Shown here one piece after another: positions 8,498-18,470 of a stretch of DNA of 64,000 nucleotides. The DNA lies in NCBI GenBank assembly GCA_963765145.1, contig CAVXVG010000005.1:1-64000 (forward strand). Reading direction: 5' to 3'. How positions within the stretch are numbered: position 1 is the stretch's first letter; the number at the start of each line of letters is the position of its first letter. The translations under genes were made by a program, and so were the position numbers. The DNA is from Parachlamydiales bacterium (lineage in GTDB: Bacteria; Chlamydiota; Chlamydiia; Chlamydiales; JAJFMK01). The notes under the pieces were generated by a model that saw nothing but the letters and a program-made list of their open reading frames with translations, made no database searches and was not told where the DNA came from.

Positions 8498-10249
8498 TCA
8501 AGTAGTGCTTAGAAGCTCTTTTCGCTTCTTTTCATCTAAAGCCTTAAAGAAAGCCTTAAATTTTAGATCTTCAGGCAAGCAGATACAGTTAACGTTATTT
8601 TTCTCTCCATAGTTGTTTGTAAAAGTGACAAAAAGTGCCTTTAACTTATAAATAGATCTGATTTCTTCTTTCACAAGAAGAGCTTCGTCTGGCGTTAAGC
8701 TGGGGTGAATCCAGAAAAATCTTCTTGTAAACTCACTCTCTTTTGGTCGATCGGTTTTCATGTAAAATGCAGCAGCTCTGACGGCCTCTTCTGCAGATTT
8801 CTTGCCACTATTAGGTAGGGCAATGGTGACATTGCCATTACCCATTTTCATTTGGGCAAAAGATTGTTTTTTCCACTGAGAAGAAAAAGCCGCCTCATCA
8901 GTAATGTCACGAATAAGACCCGCCTTTTCGTAGGGGAGGAGTTCTTCGGCTTTTCTTGGCAAATAATCCTTTTTGCTATGAAGCTTGTCTATGTAAGAAC
9001 GGGCTGCTTGGCTGAGTGGGGGAGGTGTCGCTTTTTCTTTTTTTCTCACTTCTTGAATAACATAAGAGCCAGGTTCTAAGCTGCAAGCCTTCCATGCATG
9101 ATCAGAAGATTCCAAATCTACTTTTTCCCAAGACTCCAGAAGAGCGGCAGTTTTATCTAATGTGAAAATTTGCTTTGTAAGTAACTGTTTGTCAACCCCA
9201 TTGAGTCTCTCATGGAGAACATAAATCCGTTTTGCTTTTTCCTCTCCTTTCAGAGGCAATGTTTTCATTAAAAAAGCGACATCATTAATAAGCAATTTTC
9301 TTTTAGAAGATACTGAGCCTCCTGAGGGTGTAAGACTTACAGCGTAATAGTCTTCCATATAGAGGGTAGGTAAATCGCGTGTGTTTTGGCGTAGCGCTTC
9401 GACAATCTTCTTGGCATCATTGTAGAACTTAGTTCTTTCAGGAGTCGCTTCATTTGCTTCTGTTGTGTCAGTTATTTCGCGAACGAGTCCAAGGCTCAGA
9501 AGTGTTTGCATTTCTGAACTAATGAGAGGTAAAAAGTTCTCTGTAGAAATCGTTTGTTCTCCGTGGTCGACATAATGACCACCGAGGCGAAGAGGGCCAT
9601 CTGCTTGCGCTTCCCTCAGCTCTTTCATTCCTGGTAAATGATCGAGTTTTTCTGGAATCGGAGGAAATCTTTCAGCTTCGTCCATCTCTTGTTGCAGTGT
9701 TTTTAACACCTCATTTCCCTTCTCGGTAATGTAGGCATAAGAAAGCTTTTTTTTAAAACTTTCTGGCAAAATCAGGTAAGTTCCAGAACCTACCCTGTCA
9801 AATTTATGCTTGTCGGCTGTACACTCAGCAATGCAGGCATATCGGTCGTACACAGATTTAAGCTTCCATCTAACTAACACTTGCTGTTCTTCTGTCAATT
9901 TTTCAGAGAGTATGAAAATTCTTTTAGGAGTCTCGTCTTTCTCAGCAGGCGGTTGAATTTTCATGAGAAGTGCAGTGGTTTTCATGAATGCCGTTACACT
10001 GGATGCATTGATCTGAACCATCCCTGAAAAAGATCTTATCATGCGTACAGATTGCTGCTGATCAGGAGTTATTAGGTCAGCATGACAGGAACATGTGTAA
10101 GCATCTACTGTAAGGTCGCGGACCAAGCCGGTAGTGATCAAGTCATAAATTTTTTCATCGAGCTTGGGTAGATAGCTTCTAGAGTTAGATGATTCCAATT
10201 TACTTAAAGCATTGAAAAACGGATTTAATATTGTAGCAAGAAAAGACAT
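8498..10249 (-). CDS. Hypothetical protein with three copies of a domain shared with the N-terminus of the downstream ATPase
   Basis: (Y/F)LP...GL(V/I)R(D/E)(L/I)T...A(L/F).MK...(K/R)R(I/F)(F/Y) at about aa 41, 254 and 444. Confidence 0.85.
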   Translation of the reverse strand: MSFLATILNPFFNALSKLESSNSRSYLPKLDEKIYDLITTGLVRDLTVDAYTCSCHADLITPDQQQSVRMIRSFSGMVQINASSVTAFMKTTALLMKIQPPAEKDETPKRIFILSEKLTEEQQVLVRWKLKSVYDRYACIAECTADKHKFDRVGSGTYLILPESFKKKLSYAYITEKGNEVLKTLQQEMDEAERFPPIPEKLDHLPGMKELREAQADGPLRLGGHYVDHGEQTISTENFLPLISSEMQTLLSLGLVREITDTTEANEATPERTKFYNDAKKIVEALRQNTRDLPTLYMEDYYAVSLTPSGGSVSSKRKLLINDVAFLMKTLPLKGEEKAKRIYVLHERLNGVDKQLLTKQIFTLDKTAALLESWEKVDLESSDHAWKACSLEPGSYVIQEVRKKEKATPPPLSQAARSYIDKLHSKKDYLPRKAEELLPYEKAGLIRDITDEAAFSSQWKKQSFAQMKMGNGNVTIALPNSGKKSAEEAVRAAAFYMKTDRPKESEFTRRFFWIHPSLTPDEALLVKEEIRSIYKLKALFVTFTNNYGEKNNVNCICLPEDLKFKAFFKALDEKKRKELLSTT

Positions 10250-10298
10250 ATATTCTATTTTATAGACATTCTATTTAAAAATAAATTGATTTTTACTT

Positions 10299-10569
10299 CG
10301 CAACGCGTTTGGAGTGCTCGAACTCTTGTTGCGCTTTGACTTTCAAAGAGTGAAAGCGCAACAAGAGTTCGAGCACTCCTGAGTAAGTCTCTTAAAACAC
10401 AATTCTCTTAAACTTAAGAAATACTCTCTGTGATCTCTCGAGTCCTCTGTGGTTGAAATATCTTTAAATTTTTATAACCACAGAGGACTCGAGAGATCAC
10501 AGAGAGTATGAAAACTTACTTCATGATCTTAGGGACGGCAGTCTCTTCCTTGCTCCAAACGCTAGCGCG
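10299..10569. mobile_element. Family-A nested non-autonomous palindromic element
   Basis: Ends CGCAACGCGTTTGGAG / CTCCAAACGCTAGCGCG; perfect 27-bp IR (10311-10337/10353-10379) and 34-bp IR (10421-10454/10476-10509). Confidence 0.85.
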
Positions 10570-10579
10570 TGGGGTGGGG

Positions 10580-11503
10580 TTACCACACAGGGATGATGCC
10601 GGTGAGGTTGTTGCGGTCCCATTGAGTGTGGATGGATGCTTGAGGATCATACTCCAGTTGGCCGTTCATCTGGTTGTACACCATGAGATTGCGCTCATCA
10701 TATCGGTCGAGGAAAATATTGGTTTGAGAAGTGTGCACATCAAACCCCGGCTTTGCGACGATTGTTGTTCGCTTGCTGCCATCTTCCAGCTTTTCTTCAA
10801 TCGTTTCGTAACGAGTGGTAGGCATCAAATTCCAGTGAGATTTTGTATCGAGTAATTCTCGTCTGAAGACAAGGGTCTGGCCTACGAGAGATCTATCGCC
10901 CATCTGATCAAAGATCAGGGTTGCTACACTGAATTGATTCAAGCGAAGAGCTAAAAGAAAAGGGGTTGCTTCGATGAATCGTTGCGGTTGGAGAGATCTT
11001 TCCGGCAGACGAGGGGCAAAATGCTTTGTAAAGAAAAATTCACCTGTGTCTTCGTTGAGCCACGCATGGGTGTTGAGCTCTGCCCCTTGGCGGATCTTCT
11101 TTTCTGCAAGAGAGGGATTGTCGGTAGCGATCGCTTTAAATAGTTCTTTTGAAAGGATGTCCTTTGTGTATTGGCTGATGTTGCCTCTCATGAACCGTTT
11201 TTCGCCATATAAAGGGAGCACTCTAAACTGATAGCTAGAGAGATCTTTGTAGCTCAGCTCTTGAAGGGAACGGAAGTCATCGGCCTGATTTTTGAGCATG
11301 AACTCACGGACGCTATTGATGTTGGCATAGACCTTTTCGCCATTCACTGTGATGGTGACAGCTTTGCCAAGGATGTAAGCGCCGGCTTGTGTTAGTGCAT
11401 TATTATAGGTGTCGATGCTACCTGCGTAGTCGCCATTGATCGCAAAATGGGTTCTACCCCCATCTACAACTGTATCGATAAGTTCAGCTTTTTCGATTCT
11501 CAT
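10580..11503 (-). CDS. Hypothetical protein with ankyrin-like motifs (probable start MRIEK)
   Basis: LFKAIATDNPSLAEKKIRQGAELN and TPFLLALRLNQFSVATLIF resemble ankyrin repeat halves. Confidence 0.7.
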   Translation of the reverse strand: MRIEKAELIDTVVDGGRTHFAINGDYAGSIDTYNNALTQAGAYILGKAVTITVNGEKVYANINSVREFMLKNQADDFRSLQELSYKDLSSYQFRVLPLYGEKRFMRGNISQYTKDILSKELFKAIATDNPSLAEKKIRQGAELNTHAWLNEDTGEFFFTKHFAPRLPERSLQPQRFIEATPFLLALRLNQFSVATLIFDQMGDRSLVGQTLVFRRELLDTKSHWNLMPTTRYETIEEKLEDGSKRTTIVAKPGFDVHTSQTNIFLDRYDERNLMVYNQMNGQLEYDPQASIHTQWDRNNLTGIIPVW

Positions 11504-11556
11504 TTGAAAGTCCTTTTTTTTAGAAGTCAACATTCTCACAAATAAATGTTAAGATT

Positions 11557-14500
11557 TTATGAAGTGAGTTGGTCGATGGCGGCCACGAGAGAAGCGGGGG
11601 TCATGGCTTTAGGTAAGAAAGTTTTCCGGTCAACTAGATCTTTCCCCACTTTTTTCTGAGCAGTAATGGTGAATTTTTCAATTTTGATCAAAGGACATTT
11701 GCGTGTTGCGCCAAAAACTCTCGCTTTAGAAAGGGCCAAGAGCCATTCGGCCTCTGAAGGCAGTGGACCAAAACGGTCAGCAAGCTCTTCTCCGATCGAA
11801 TCAATTTCGTTGATCGCAACCGCGTCGCCAAGTCTTCGGTAGAGGTCGAGCCGAAGGGTAACATTGGGGACATAAAGCTCCGGCAATTTGGCGTTCAAAG
11901 AGGTATCGACTTTGCAGTCGATCAAGCTTTTTGGGCCTTCCCCTTTTAGGGCGTGGATGGTCCGTTTCAATAATTTGCAATAGAGGTGAAAGCCAACAGA
12001 CGAGACATCGCCCGACTGCTCTGTGCCTAGAAGGTCGCCGGCTCCTCGAAGTTCTAAATCTCGCAAGGCTACTTTTAATCCTCCTCCATGTCCAGAGGTG
12101 TTGACTAAAGCATCCAACCGTTTTTTGGAAATTTCAGGTAACCGCTCGATTTTGCGGACAAAAAAGTAACAAAAAGCCTTTCTGTTCCATCTTCCAACTC
12201 TTCCTCTCAGTTGATAAAGGTCGGCAATTCCAAATGTGTCTGCTCGGTCGATAATGATAGTATTAGCATTGGGGATGTCAATGCCGCTTTCTACAATGGT
12301 TGTGGAGACCAAAATGTCGGCATCACCTTTTTTGAAGGTGTGGAAAATTTGATCGATCTCGTCGTTTGATAACTGACCATGTCCAACGATGATTCTGGCT
12401 TCAGGAACCAATTTTTTTAAGTGGGCTGCCACATCAAAAATGGTTTCCACCCTATTGTGGATGAAATAGGCCTGTCCACCCCGGTTAAGCTCCCTCCTTA
12501 ACGCTGTTTGAATCATGATGTCGTTTGGTTCGACCAAAAACGATTGGATCGGCAGCCGGTCTTGCGGAGGGGTCTTAATTTCAGAAATATCACGCACCCC
12601 AATGAGGCTCATGTAGAGAGTGCGGGGAATCGGGGTGGCGGAAAGGGTTAAACAATCGACGCCTGCCCGCATTTTTTTGAGGTGCTCTTTGGCTTTGACC
12701 CCAAACCGTTGCTCTTCATCGATGATTACAAGACCAAGATCTTTAAAGCCGATATCTTCCCCAATGATCCGGTGTGTGCCGATCAGAATGTCGATCGACC
12801 CCTTTTTTACCGATTCGATGATCTCTTTTCGCTCTTTGGGCTTAACAAAGCGGGACAGATGGGCCACACGGAGGGGAAAGCCCAACATCCTTTCGGTGAA
12901 GTTTTCGTAATGTTGCAGAGCCAGAAGGGTAGTAGGAACTAGGACGGCGACCTGTTTGCCCCCTTCTATAGCCTTGAAAGCGGCCCGCATCGCTACTTCT
13001 GTTTTTCCATACCCTACATCGCCTGAAATCAACCGATCCATCGGTTCGGGATCCTGCATATCCTTTTTGATGTCGGCAATCGCAGATAGCTGATCTTCTG
13101 TCTCGATGTAGGGGAACGCATGTTCAAAAGCGATCATCTCTTCATCATCCGGCGGGAAGGCAAAACCCCCTTCAATTTCCCTTTTGGCATAGAGCTGGAG
13201 CAGATCGTTGGCATAACCAAAAATTTCACGCTCTGTTTTTTCTTTGATATGTCTCCATTTGGGAGAGCCAATTTCAGAAAGGCGAGGAGTCGATTGATCA
13301 ACACCGATATAGCGAGAAACGAGGTGAGACTGATGGAGGGGAACGTAAAGTTTTCCTGCTTGAGCATATTCCAGAATCAAAAATTCGGTTTCGACTCCTT
13401 CATGGTTCGGCTGTTTTGCAAACCCTATAAACTTTCCAATCCCATGGTTAAGGTGGACCACCAAGTCGCCCGGATCAAATTCTTCCAGTAGAAGCTCGTT
13501 TGAATGGCGGGTTGACCTTTGCCTTTTCCTTCGGATCTTTGGTCGATTGGTCCACTCGGCAAAAGGGAAAAGAACATCTCCCTTTTTGCCGTCGACGAGC
13601 CCTTCCGATAAATAGCCTCTGTTAAAAGTGTAGGGCATTTTTGGAGATAAAGAACAAAAAGCTTCTCCAAGTAGCTTATCCTCTCGGTCGCTCTCGGTAA
13701 GGAAGGTAATCGAAATAGGGGCAGGAGGGGAAAGGAGGTCAGTTAAAAGCCGGTCTCCCGCGACATCTTCATCGACTGCTAAAAAATCGCGCAGTCGTTG
13801 GTAAGGGTGGTGATAGGCAAAGGCGGTAAAAGGGCGGCCAAAGGCCTCGAAAGTCACCTGGCTGGCACGCCGTTGTACAGTTGACAAGGCTTCTAACGAT
13901 TGATCTGTCAGAAAAATTTTCTGCAGGTCATTGGCTTCGTTCAGAAACTGTTCAAAGGTAATCAGGTGAACCGGTGAGGGCCCAATCAAGCTTTTAAGTT
14001 GCACCCATCTTTCTTCCATCTCCTCAATGTCATCGAAAATAATCAGTGGAGGCTTTTGAAAGCTATGAAGCAGCGATACCTCATCCCCTTTATTCAACAT
14101 TTCTCGCTCGATGGCAGGAAAGAGGGTAAAAGAGGGCAGTTTTTCAATCGAACGTTGGCCAAGTGGATCAAACCGACGGATCGATTCAACCTTCCCTTCC
14201 CAAAATTCCATCCGGATAGGGTCGGCGCATGTACTTGGGAAAAGGTCGATAACCCCACGTCGGCGAGAAAATTCGCCCTTGTCGGCGGTTAAAAGGACCT
14301 CTTGGTAACCAAAGCGTTGCAGCGTCTCGACAAAGGCCTTTTCATCTAGTTCTTGTCCCGTTTTAATTGGAAGCTCAAGAGTAGAAAGCTTGTGACGGGG
14401 CAGTACTTTTTGCAAAAGACCTTGCAAATTGGTCACCACAAGCGGCTTTGGGTCTTTGGCAATTTTTTTAAGCACTTCAAAGCGCTCGCCGACCACGTCG

Positions 14501-14736
14501 GCCGAAGGGGAAATCTCTTCTGTCGGCAACGTTTCCCAGGCCGGCAATTCCAAAATAGGGCAAGAAGCAAAATAGGGGAGATCTAGAAGCATCCCGCCCT
14601 CTTTGTCGCCCAAATTGGAGACGATCAATACAGGTCTGTCTGTCAAGTCATAAGCAAGGGCTGCCAATAAGGCCTTCGGAGTGCTCCAAAGGTCTGAAAT
14701 GACAACCGATTGACCAGCCAGGATCGCTTCCTTCAT
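11557..14736 (-). CDS. mfd: Transcription-repair coupling factor (probable start MKEAIL; the longer ORF start lies inside a repeat)
   Basis: CarD/TRCF VVH..HGIG, GDVGYGKTEVA, DEEQRFGV, SATPIPRT, QLRGRVGR. Confidence 0.97.
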   Translation of the reverse strand: MKEAILAGQSVVISDLWSTPKALLAALAYDLTDRPVLIVSNLGDKEGGMLLDLPYFASCPILELPAWETLPTEEISPSADVVGERFEVLKKIAKDPKPLVVTNLQGLLQKVLPRHKLSTLELPIKTGQELDEKAFVETLQRFGYQEVLLTADKGEFSRRRGVIDLFPSTCADPIRMEFWEGKVESIRRFDPLGQRSIEKLPSFTLFPAIEREMLNKGDEVSLLHSFQKPPLIIFDDIEEMEERWVQLKSLIGPSPVHLITFEQFLNEANDLQKIFLTDQSLEALSTVQRRASQVTFEAFGRPFTAFAYHHPYQRLRDFLAVDEDVAGDRLLTDLLSPPAPISITFLTESDREDKLLGEAFCSLSPKMPYTFNRGYLSEGLVDGKKGDVLFPFAEWTNRPKIRRKRQRSTRHSNELLLEEFDPGDLVVHLNHGIGKFIGFAKQPNHEGVETEFLILEYAQAGKLYVPLHQSHLVSRYIGVDQSTPRLSEIGSPKWRHIKEKTEREIFGYANDLLQLYAKREIEGGFAFPPDDEEMIAFEHAFPYIETEDQLSAIADIKKDMQDPEPMDRLISGDVGYGKTEVAMRAAFKAIEGGKQVAVLVPTTLLALQHYENFTERMLGFPLRVAHLSRFVKPKERKEIIESVKKGSIDILIGTHRIIGEDIGFKDLGLVIIDEEQRFGVKAKEHLKKMRAGVDCLTLSATPIPRTLYMSLIGVRDISEIKTPPQDRLPIQSFLVEPNDIMIQTALRRELNRGGQAYFIHNRVETIFDVAAHLKKLVPEARIIVGHGQLSNDEIDQIFHTFKKGDADILVSTTIVESGIDIPNANTIIIDRADTFGIADLYQLRGRVGRWNRKAFCYFFVRKIERLPEISKKRLDALVNTSGHGGGLKVALRDLELRGAGDLLGTEQSGDVSSVGFHLYCKLLKRTIHALKGEGPKSLIDCKVDTSLNAKLPELYVPNVTLRLDLYRRLGDAVAINEIDSIGEELADRFGPLPSEAEWLLALSKARVFGATRKCPLIKIEKFTITAQKKVGKDLVDRKTFLPKAMTPASLVAAIDQLTS

Positions 14737-14754
14737 CTGCAACTCATTAAAATA

Positions 14755-14993
14755 AACCACAGAGGCACAGAGATCACAGAGGAAATATGAGAGCAATGAG
14801 AGAGACTGCTGCTATACATTTTAACTTTTTTTCTTTGTGTATCTTTATCTTCGTGTCTTTGTGTCTTCGTGTTTAATTTTTTTAAAATGGTTGGAACACA
14901 AAGACACGAAGGCACAAAGAAAGAAGGATGCTTCCTACGAGCAATACACTCACTGCTCTCAATCTTTCTCTGTGATCTCAGTGCCTCTGTGGT
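14755..14993. repeat. Nested intergenic palindrome: outer ACCACAGAGGCACAGAG type, inner ACACAAAGACACGAAG type
   Basis: 26-bp IR 14756-14781/14968-14993 with one mismatch; inner IR 14848-14863/14896-14911. Confidence 0.85.
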
Positions 14994-15004
14994 GAAATGA
15001 AAAA

Positions 15005-17602
15005 TCATTCGATGAGGCTCAAAAACAGTTTGGAAGCCTCTTCAAAGCGGCCCCGATTCTTCATCACACCCTGGGCAAGGTTTGGGCGTCCACCCGCGCT
15101 GCCGTCGACGACCGCAGCTACTTTTTTGAGGAGATCGGCGGCGTTGTGCCCTTTTGCAACCAACTCTTCGTTGATCCTTAAGATGAGGGGAGAAACTTGC
15201 CCCTCTTTTGTTGTGATCAAAAAAGCTTGGAAACGTTGATCAGTAGCTAAAAGTTCGGCCACCTCTTTCAATTCGTCTTGAGAAACGTCAAACGTGGTAA
15301 CAAGAGTTTTTTGAGCAGGCAAAGCTTGAAGCAGGTTTTTTAATTCCAATCGCTTAGCCTCTTTTAAATCTTTTTGAAGATTTTTGTTTTCCTCAAGCAG
15401 CGATTTTACTTTGGTGACGAGTGTTGGACCAGACCCTTTCAACAACTCTTCAAGGGCAAGAAGGGTTGCCTCTGCATTGCGGTAGTGCAACAGGGCTTCT
15501 TCTCCGGTCACCGCTTCGATCCGGCGGACGCCGGAAGCGATGCTCCCCTCTTTTACAATTTTTAAAAGGCCTAAAGTCCCCGTTGATTGGGCGTGTGTTC
15601 CCCCGCACAGTTCGATTGAAGGGCCCATTTGGACAACACGAACTTTTTCACCATACTTTTCGCCAAAAAATTGCTTAATATCAGAACGTCCTTTGACAGC
15701 ATTGTAGGCTAATTCTTCCGTTTTAACAGGAACGTTTTGCAAAATCAGCCGATTGATGATCCCTTCAATAGAGGCAATTTCTTCGGAGGTCAACGGTTTA
15801 TGGTGGTTGAAGTCGAAACGGAACCGTTCTCCTTCTACCAAAGAACCGGCCTGTTTGATGTGGTCGCCCAACACTTGAGCCAACGCATAGTGAAGCAGAT
15901 GAGTTGCCGAGTGGTTTTTTTCCACTTTTCGACGATTTTGGGCATCAAGCGTAGCAGAGATGGTTTCATTAGCCTCTAAAGAGCCCTCTTTCATGACGCC
16001 GTAGTGGAAAGTTAAACCTGTAAAGGGGGATTTTGTCGTCTGAACTTGAAAACGTCCGGTTTTGCATTCAAGCAACCCTTTATCGCCCGATTGTCCACCC
16101 ATCTCTGCATAAAAAGGGGTTTGATCAAGCAAAACGGCCCCTTCATCCCCTTCTGAAAGGCGATCGACAAGCTCTCCGTTTTTCATCAAAGCGACAATTT
16201 TTCCTGTCGAGTGGTCGTGACCATAACCGGTGAAGGTGGTCGCCCCTGCTTTATTCAGAAGCTGTTGGTAGACCTGGGATGAAACTTCTTGGCTGGTTGT
16301 CTTTTGGCTTTGTTTCGACCTTTCACGTGCCTCTTTTTCAAGCACGGCAAACCCATCTAGGTCTACTTTAAGGTTACTATCTTTGGCTAAAAGGACGATC
16401 TCATCAACCGGCAGGCCGTAAGTATCTTTAAGCTTAAAAGCATCAGAGCCCGAAATCAGATGAGAGGCACCGGCATTTTCGATCACTTCTCGTAAGAGGT
16501 TGCCGCCTCGCTTGAGGGTGCGGAAAAAACCTTCTTCTTCTTGTGTCAATACGTCGGCGATGATCGACTGGTGTTTTTTAAGTTCAGGATAGTCTTCGCC
16601 CATCTCTGCAACTAAAGTAGGCAAAATGTCGGCTAGGAAAGGTTTTTCGAAGCCTAAATTTTTTCCATAACGTACGGCCCGTCTCAACACTTTACGTAAG
16701 ACATAGCCCCGGTCGACGTTGCCGGGCTGAACCCCGTCTGCAATAGCAAAAGATAGTGTTCTTAGATGGTCGGCGATCACACGGAAAGCAGGAGCTAATT
16801 TATCGTCATCGGCTTTGTAGACAAGGCCGGAGTGCTTTTCAATTCCGTTAATTAAACTGCGCAAAATATCTGTTTCAAAAACAGTGTCAACACCGCTCTT
16901 GAGCATCATGACTCTTTCAAGGCCACTACCGGTGTCGATGGAAGGGTTTGGAAGGGGGTGTAAAACGCCATCCTGCGTCCGGTTGTACTGCATGAACACC
17001 AAGTTCCAAAACTCGATGAACCGATCGCCTGTTGGGTCATCTTTAGGAGAGGTCCCGGAACCATAAGCGTCACCTCTGTCGAGATAAAGCTCGGAGCATG
17101 GACCGCATGGGCCGGTTTCACCCATCGCCCAGAAGTTGTCTTTTTCTCCCATTCTGACGATGCGGGAGGCAGGGACATAACGGGTCCAAAGCTTAAAAGC
17201 CTCTTCATCGGTTTCAAAAACTGAAGGCCAAATTTTTTCTGCAGGAAAGCCGAAAATTTCAGTAGCTACTTCCCAAGCGTAGGCAATGGCAGCCTCTTTG
17301 AAATAATCGCCAAACGAGAAGTTGCCCAACATTTCAAAGAAGGTGAGGTGCCTTGCGGTATGACCTACGTTTTCTAAGTCGTTGTGTTTGCCCCCGACCC
17401 GTAAACATTTTTGGCTTGTCACGGCCCTCTTGTAAGAGGCTTGACGATGTCCCAAAAATAAATCTTTAAATTGATTCATTCCTGCATTGGTAAACAACAA
17501 AGTTGGGTCGTCATGCGGCAAAAGAGGAGAAGAGGGAAGAAGCGTATGTCCACGCTCTTGGAAATAGTGGAGATAATTCTCCCGAGTTTTTTGGCTGTCC
17601 AT
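15005..17602 (-). CDS. alaS: Alanine--tRNA ligase
   Basis: DPTLLFTNAGMNQFK, HLTFFEMLGNFSFGDYFK, HSATHLL, ELCGGTH, GVRRIEA. Confidence 0.98.
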   Translation of the reverse strand: MDSQKTRENYLHYFQERGHTLLPSSPLLPHDDPTLLFTNAGMNQFKDLFLGHRQASYKRAVTSQKCLRVGGKHNDLENVGHTARHLTFFEMLGNFSFGDYFKEAAIAYAWEVATEIFGFPAEKIWPSVFETDEEAFKLWTRYVPASRIVRMGEKDNFWAMGETGPCGPCSELYLDRGDAYGSGTSPKDDPTGDRFIEFWNLVFMQYNRTQDGVLHPLPNPSIDTGSGLERVMMLKSGVDTVFETDILRSLINGIEKHSGLVYKADDDKLAPAFRVIADHLRTLSFAIADGVQPGNVDRGYVLRKVLRRAVRYGKNLGFEKPFLADILPTLVAEMGEDYPELKKHQSIIADVLTQEEEGFFRTLKRGGNLLREVIENAGASHLISGSDAFKLKDTYGLPVDEIVLLAKDSNLKVDLDGFAVLEKEARERSKQSQKTTSQEVSSQVYQQLLNKAGATTFTGYGHDHSTGKIVALMKNGELVDRLSEGDEGAVLLDQTPFYAEMGGQSGDKGLLECKTGRFQVQTTKSPFTGLTFHYGVMKEGSLEANETISATLDAQNRRKVEKNHSATHLLHYALAQVLGDHIKQAGSLVEGERFRFDFNHHKPLTSEEIASIEGIINRLILQNVPVKTEELAYNAVKGRSDIKQFFGEKYGEKVRVVQMGPSIELCGGTHAQSTGTLGLLKIVKEGSIASGVRRIEAVTGEEALLHYRNAEATLLALEELLKGSGPTLVTKVKSLLEENKNLQKDLKEAKRLELKNLLQALPAQKTLVTTFDVSQDELKEVAELLATDQRFQAFLITTKEGQVSPLILRINEELVAKGHNAADLLKKVAAVVDGSAGGRPNLAQGVMKNRGRFEEASKLFLSLIE

Positions 17603-17670
17603 AGGAGAAATTGTATCGCAAGCAAACGAAAAATAACAGAGTGAACAGAATGCACGGACAGAAGCATCAA

Positions 17671-17840
17671 CCTAAGGAAAAACATCCTATAAATTTAACA
17701 GGGTGAACAGGATGACCAGGATAAGCTCTGCCTAATTTCACTCTAGAGTGGTAAATAAAGAGCAAAAAAAGGCTTCATTTAATTAGCGCCTATTGGTGGC
17801 GAAGCTTATCCTGGTCATCCTGTTCACCCTGTTAAATTTA
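17671..17840. repeat. Family-D palindrome (TAACAGGGTGAACAGGATG..CAGGATAAGCT)
   Basis: Perfect 38-bp IR 17690-17727/17803-17840; relatives at 26773, 43817 and 46152. Confidence 0.9.
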
Positions 17841-17861
17841 TTGGTGTGATGAGCGGAATCG

Positions 17862-18470
17862 TTATTCGATTTGTTCTTTTGTTAAGGAAAATCCCGTGAT
17901 TGGTGGGTCGTCATCCCAAAAGCTTAAAGGGGGAGGCGGGGCGTTGAAAAAGGCGTCTTTTTCAAGGAAGCGGTCGACCGCTTCCCGTTCCTCAGTCGAA
18001 AATTTAAATCCGAAGTCTTTCAAATGGTCCCAAGGAACTTTGGTGGGTGCCGGTTGCGAGGATAAAAGGGATTTGCCGTGGACAAAAATTTTTTGTGTGG
18101 CATCTTCCCCGCCTGCAGAGAGGAGGGCTAGCGCCTCGCCGAAGTTGTAAGCCACTCCTAATGCATTGACGCCGATAGCGCTAAATTTTTTCAAACTTAA
18201 GCCTATCTCTGCGGTGACCGAGGAAAAACGGGGAGAGCTATAATCTGCGTCACTCACTTGATGTACAGCTTTTTGAGAGTTTTGAACGTTTTTTACTGAC
18301 TCCATCGTTTTAGCGTAGATAGCAGTTAAAGCGATGATAAGAGCTGCATTTCGTAAAGCCGGATTCCCAAACCACCCATCAATCACACGGCCAAGAGTCA
18401 TCCATCCAGGGTTTTGTGTTTGATGGATCACATCGATCCCCACAAAGACTAAAGGCGTTAAACTACTCAT
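17862..18470 (-). CDS. Hypothetical protein with two hydrophobic segments and a Pro/acidic tail (probable start MSSLTPL)
   Basis: ATG at 18470 overlaps the TGA of the upstream gene (ATGA coupling). Confidence 0.7.
   Translation of the reverse strand: MSSLTPLVFVGIDVIHQTQNPGWMTLGRVIDGWFGNPALRNAALIIALTAIYAKTMESVKNVQNSQKAVHQVSDADYSSPRFSSVTAEIGLSLKKFSAIGVNALGVAYNFGEALALLSAGGEDATQKIFVHGKSLLSSQPAPTKVPWDHLKDFGFKFSTEEREAVDRFLEKDAFFNAPPPPLSFWDDDPPITGFSLTKEQIE

Noticed and set aside
17690..17840. Short repeated units (AACAGGATG, CACAGAG) suggesting a CRISPR array
   Set aside because: They form inverted arms, not direct repeats with unique equal-length spacers, and no cas genes are present
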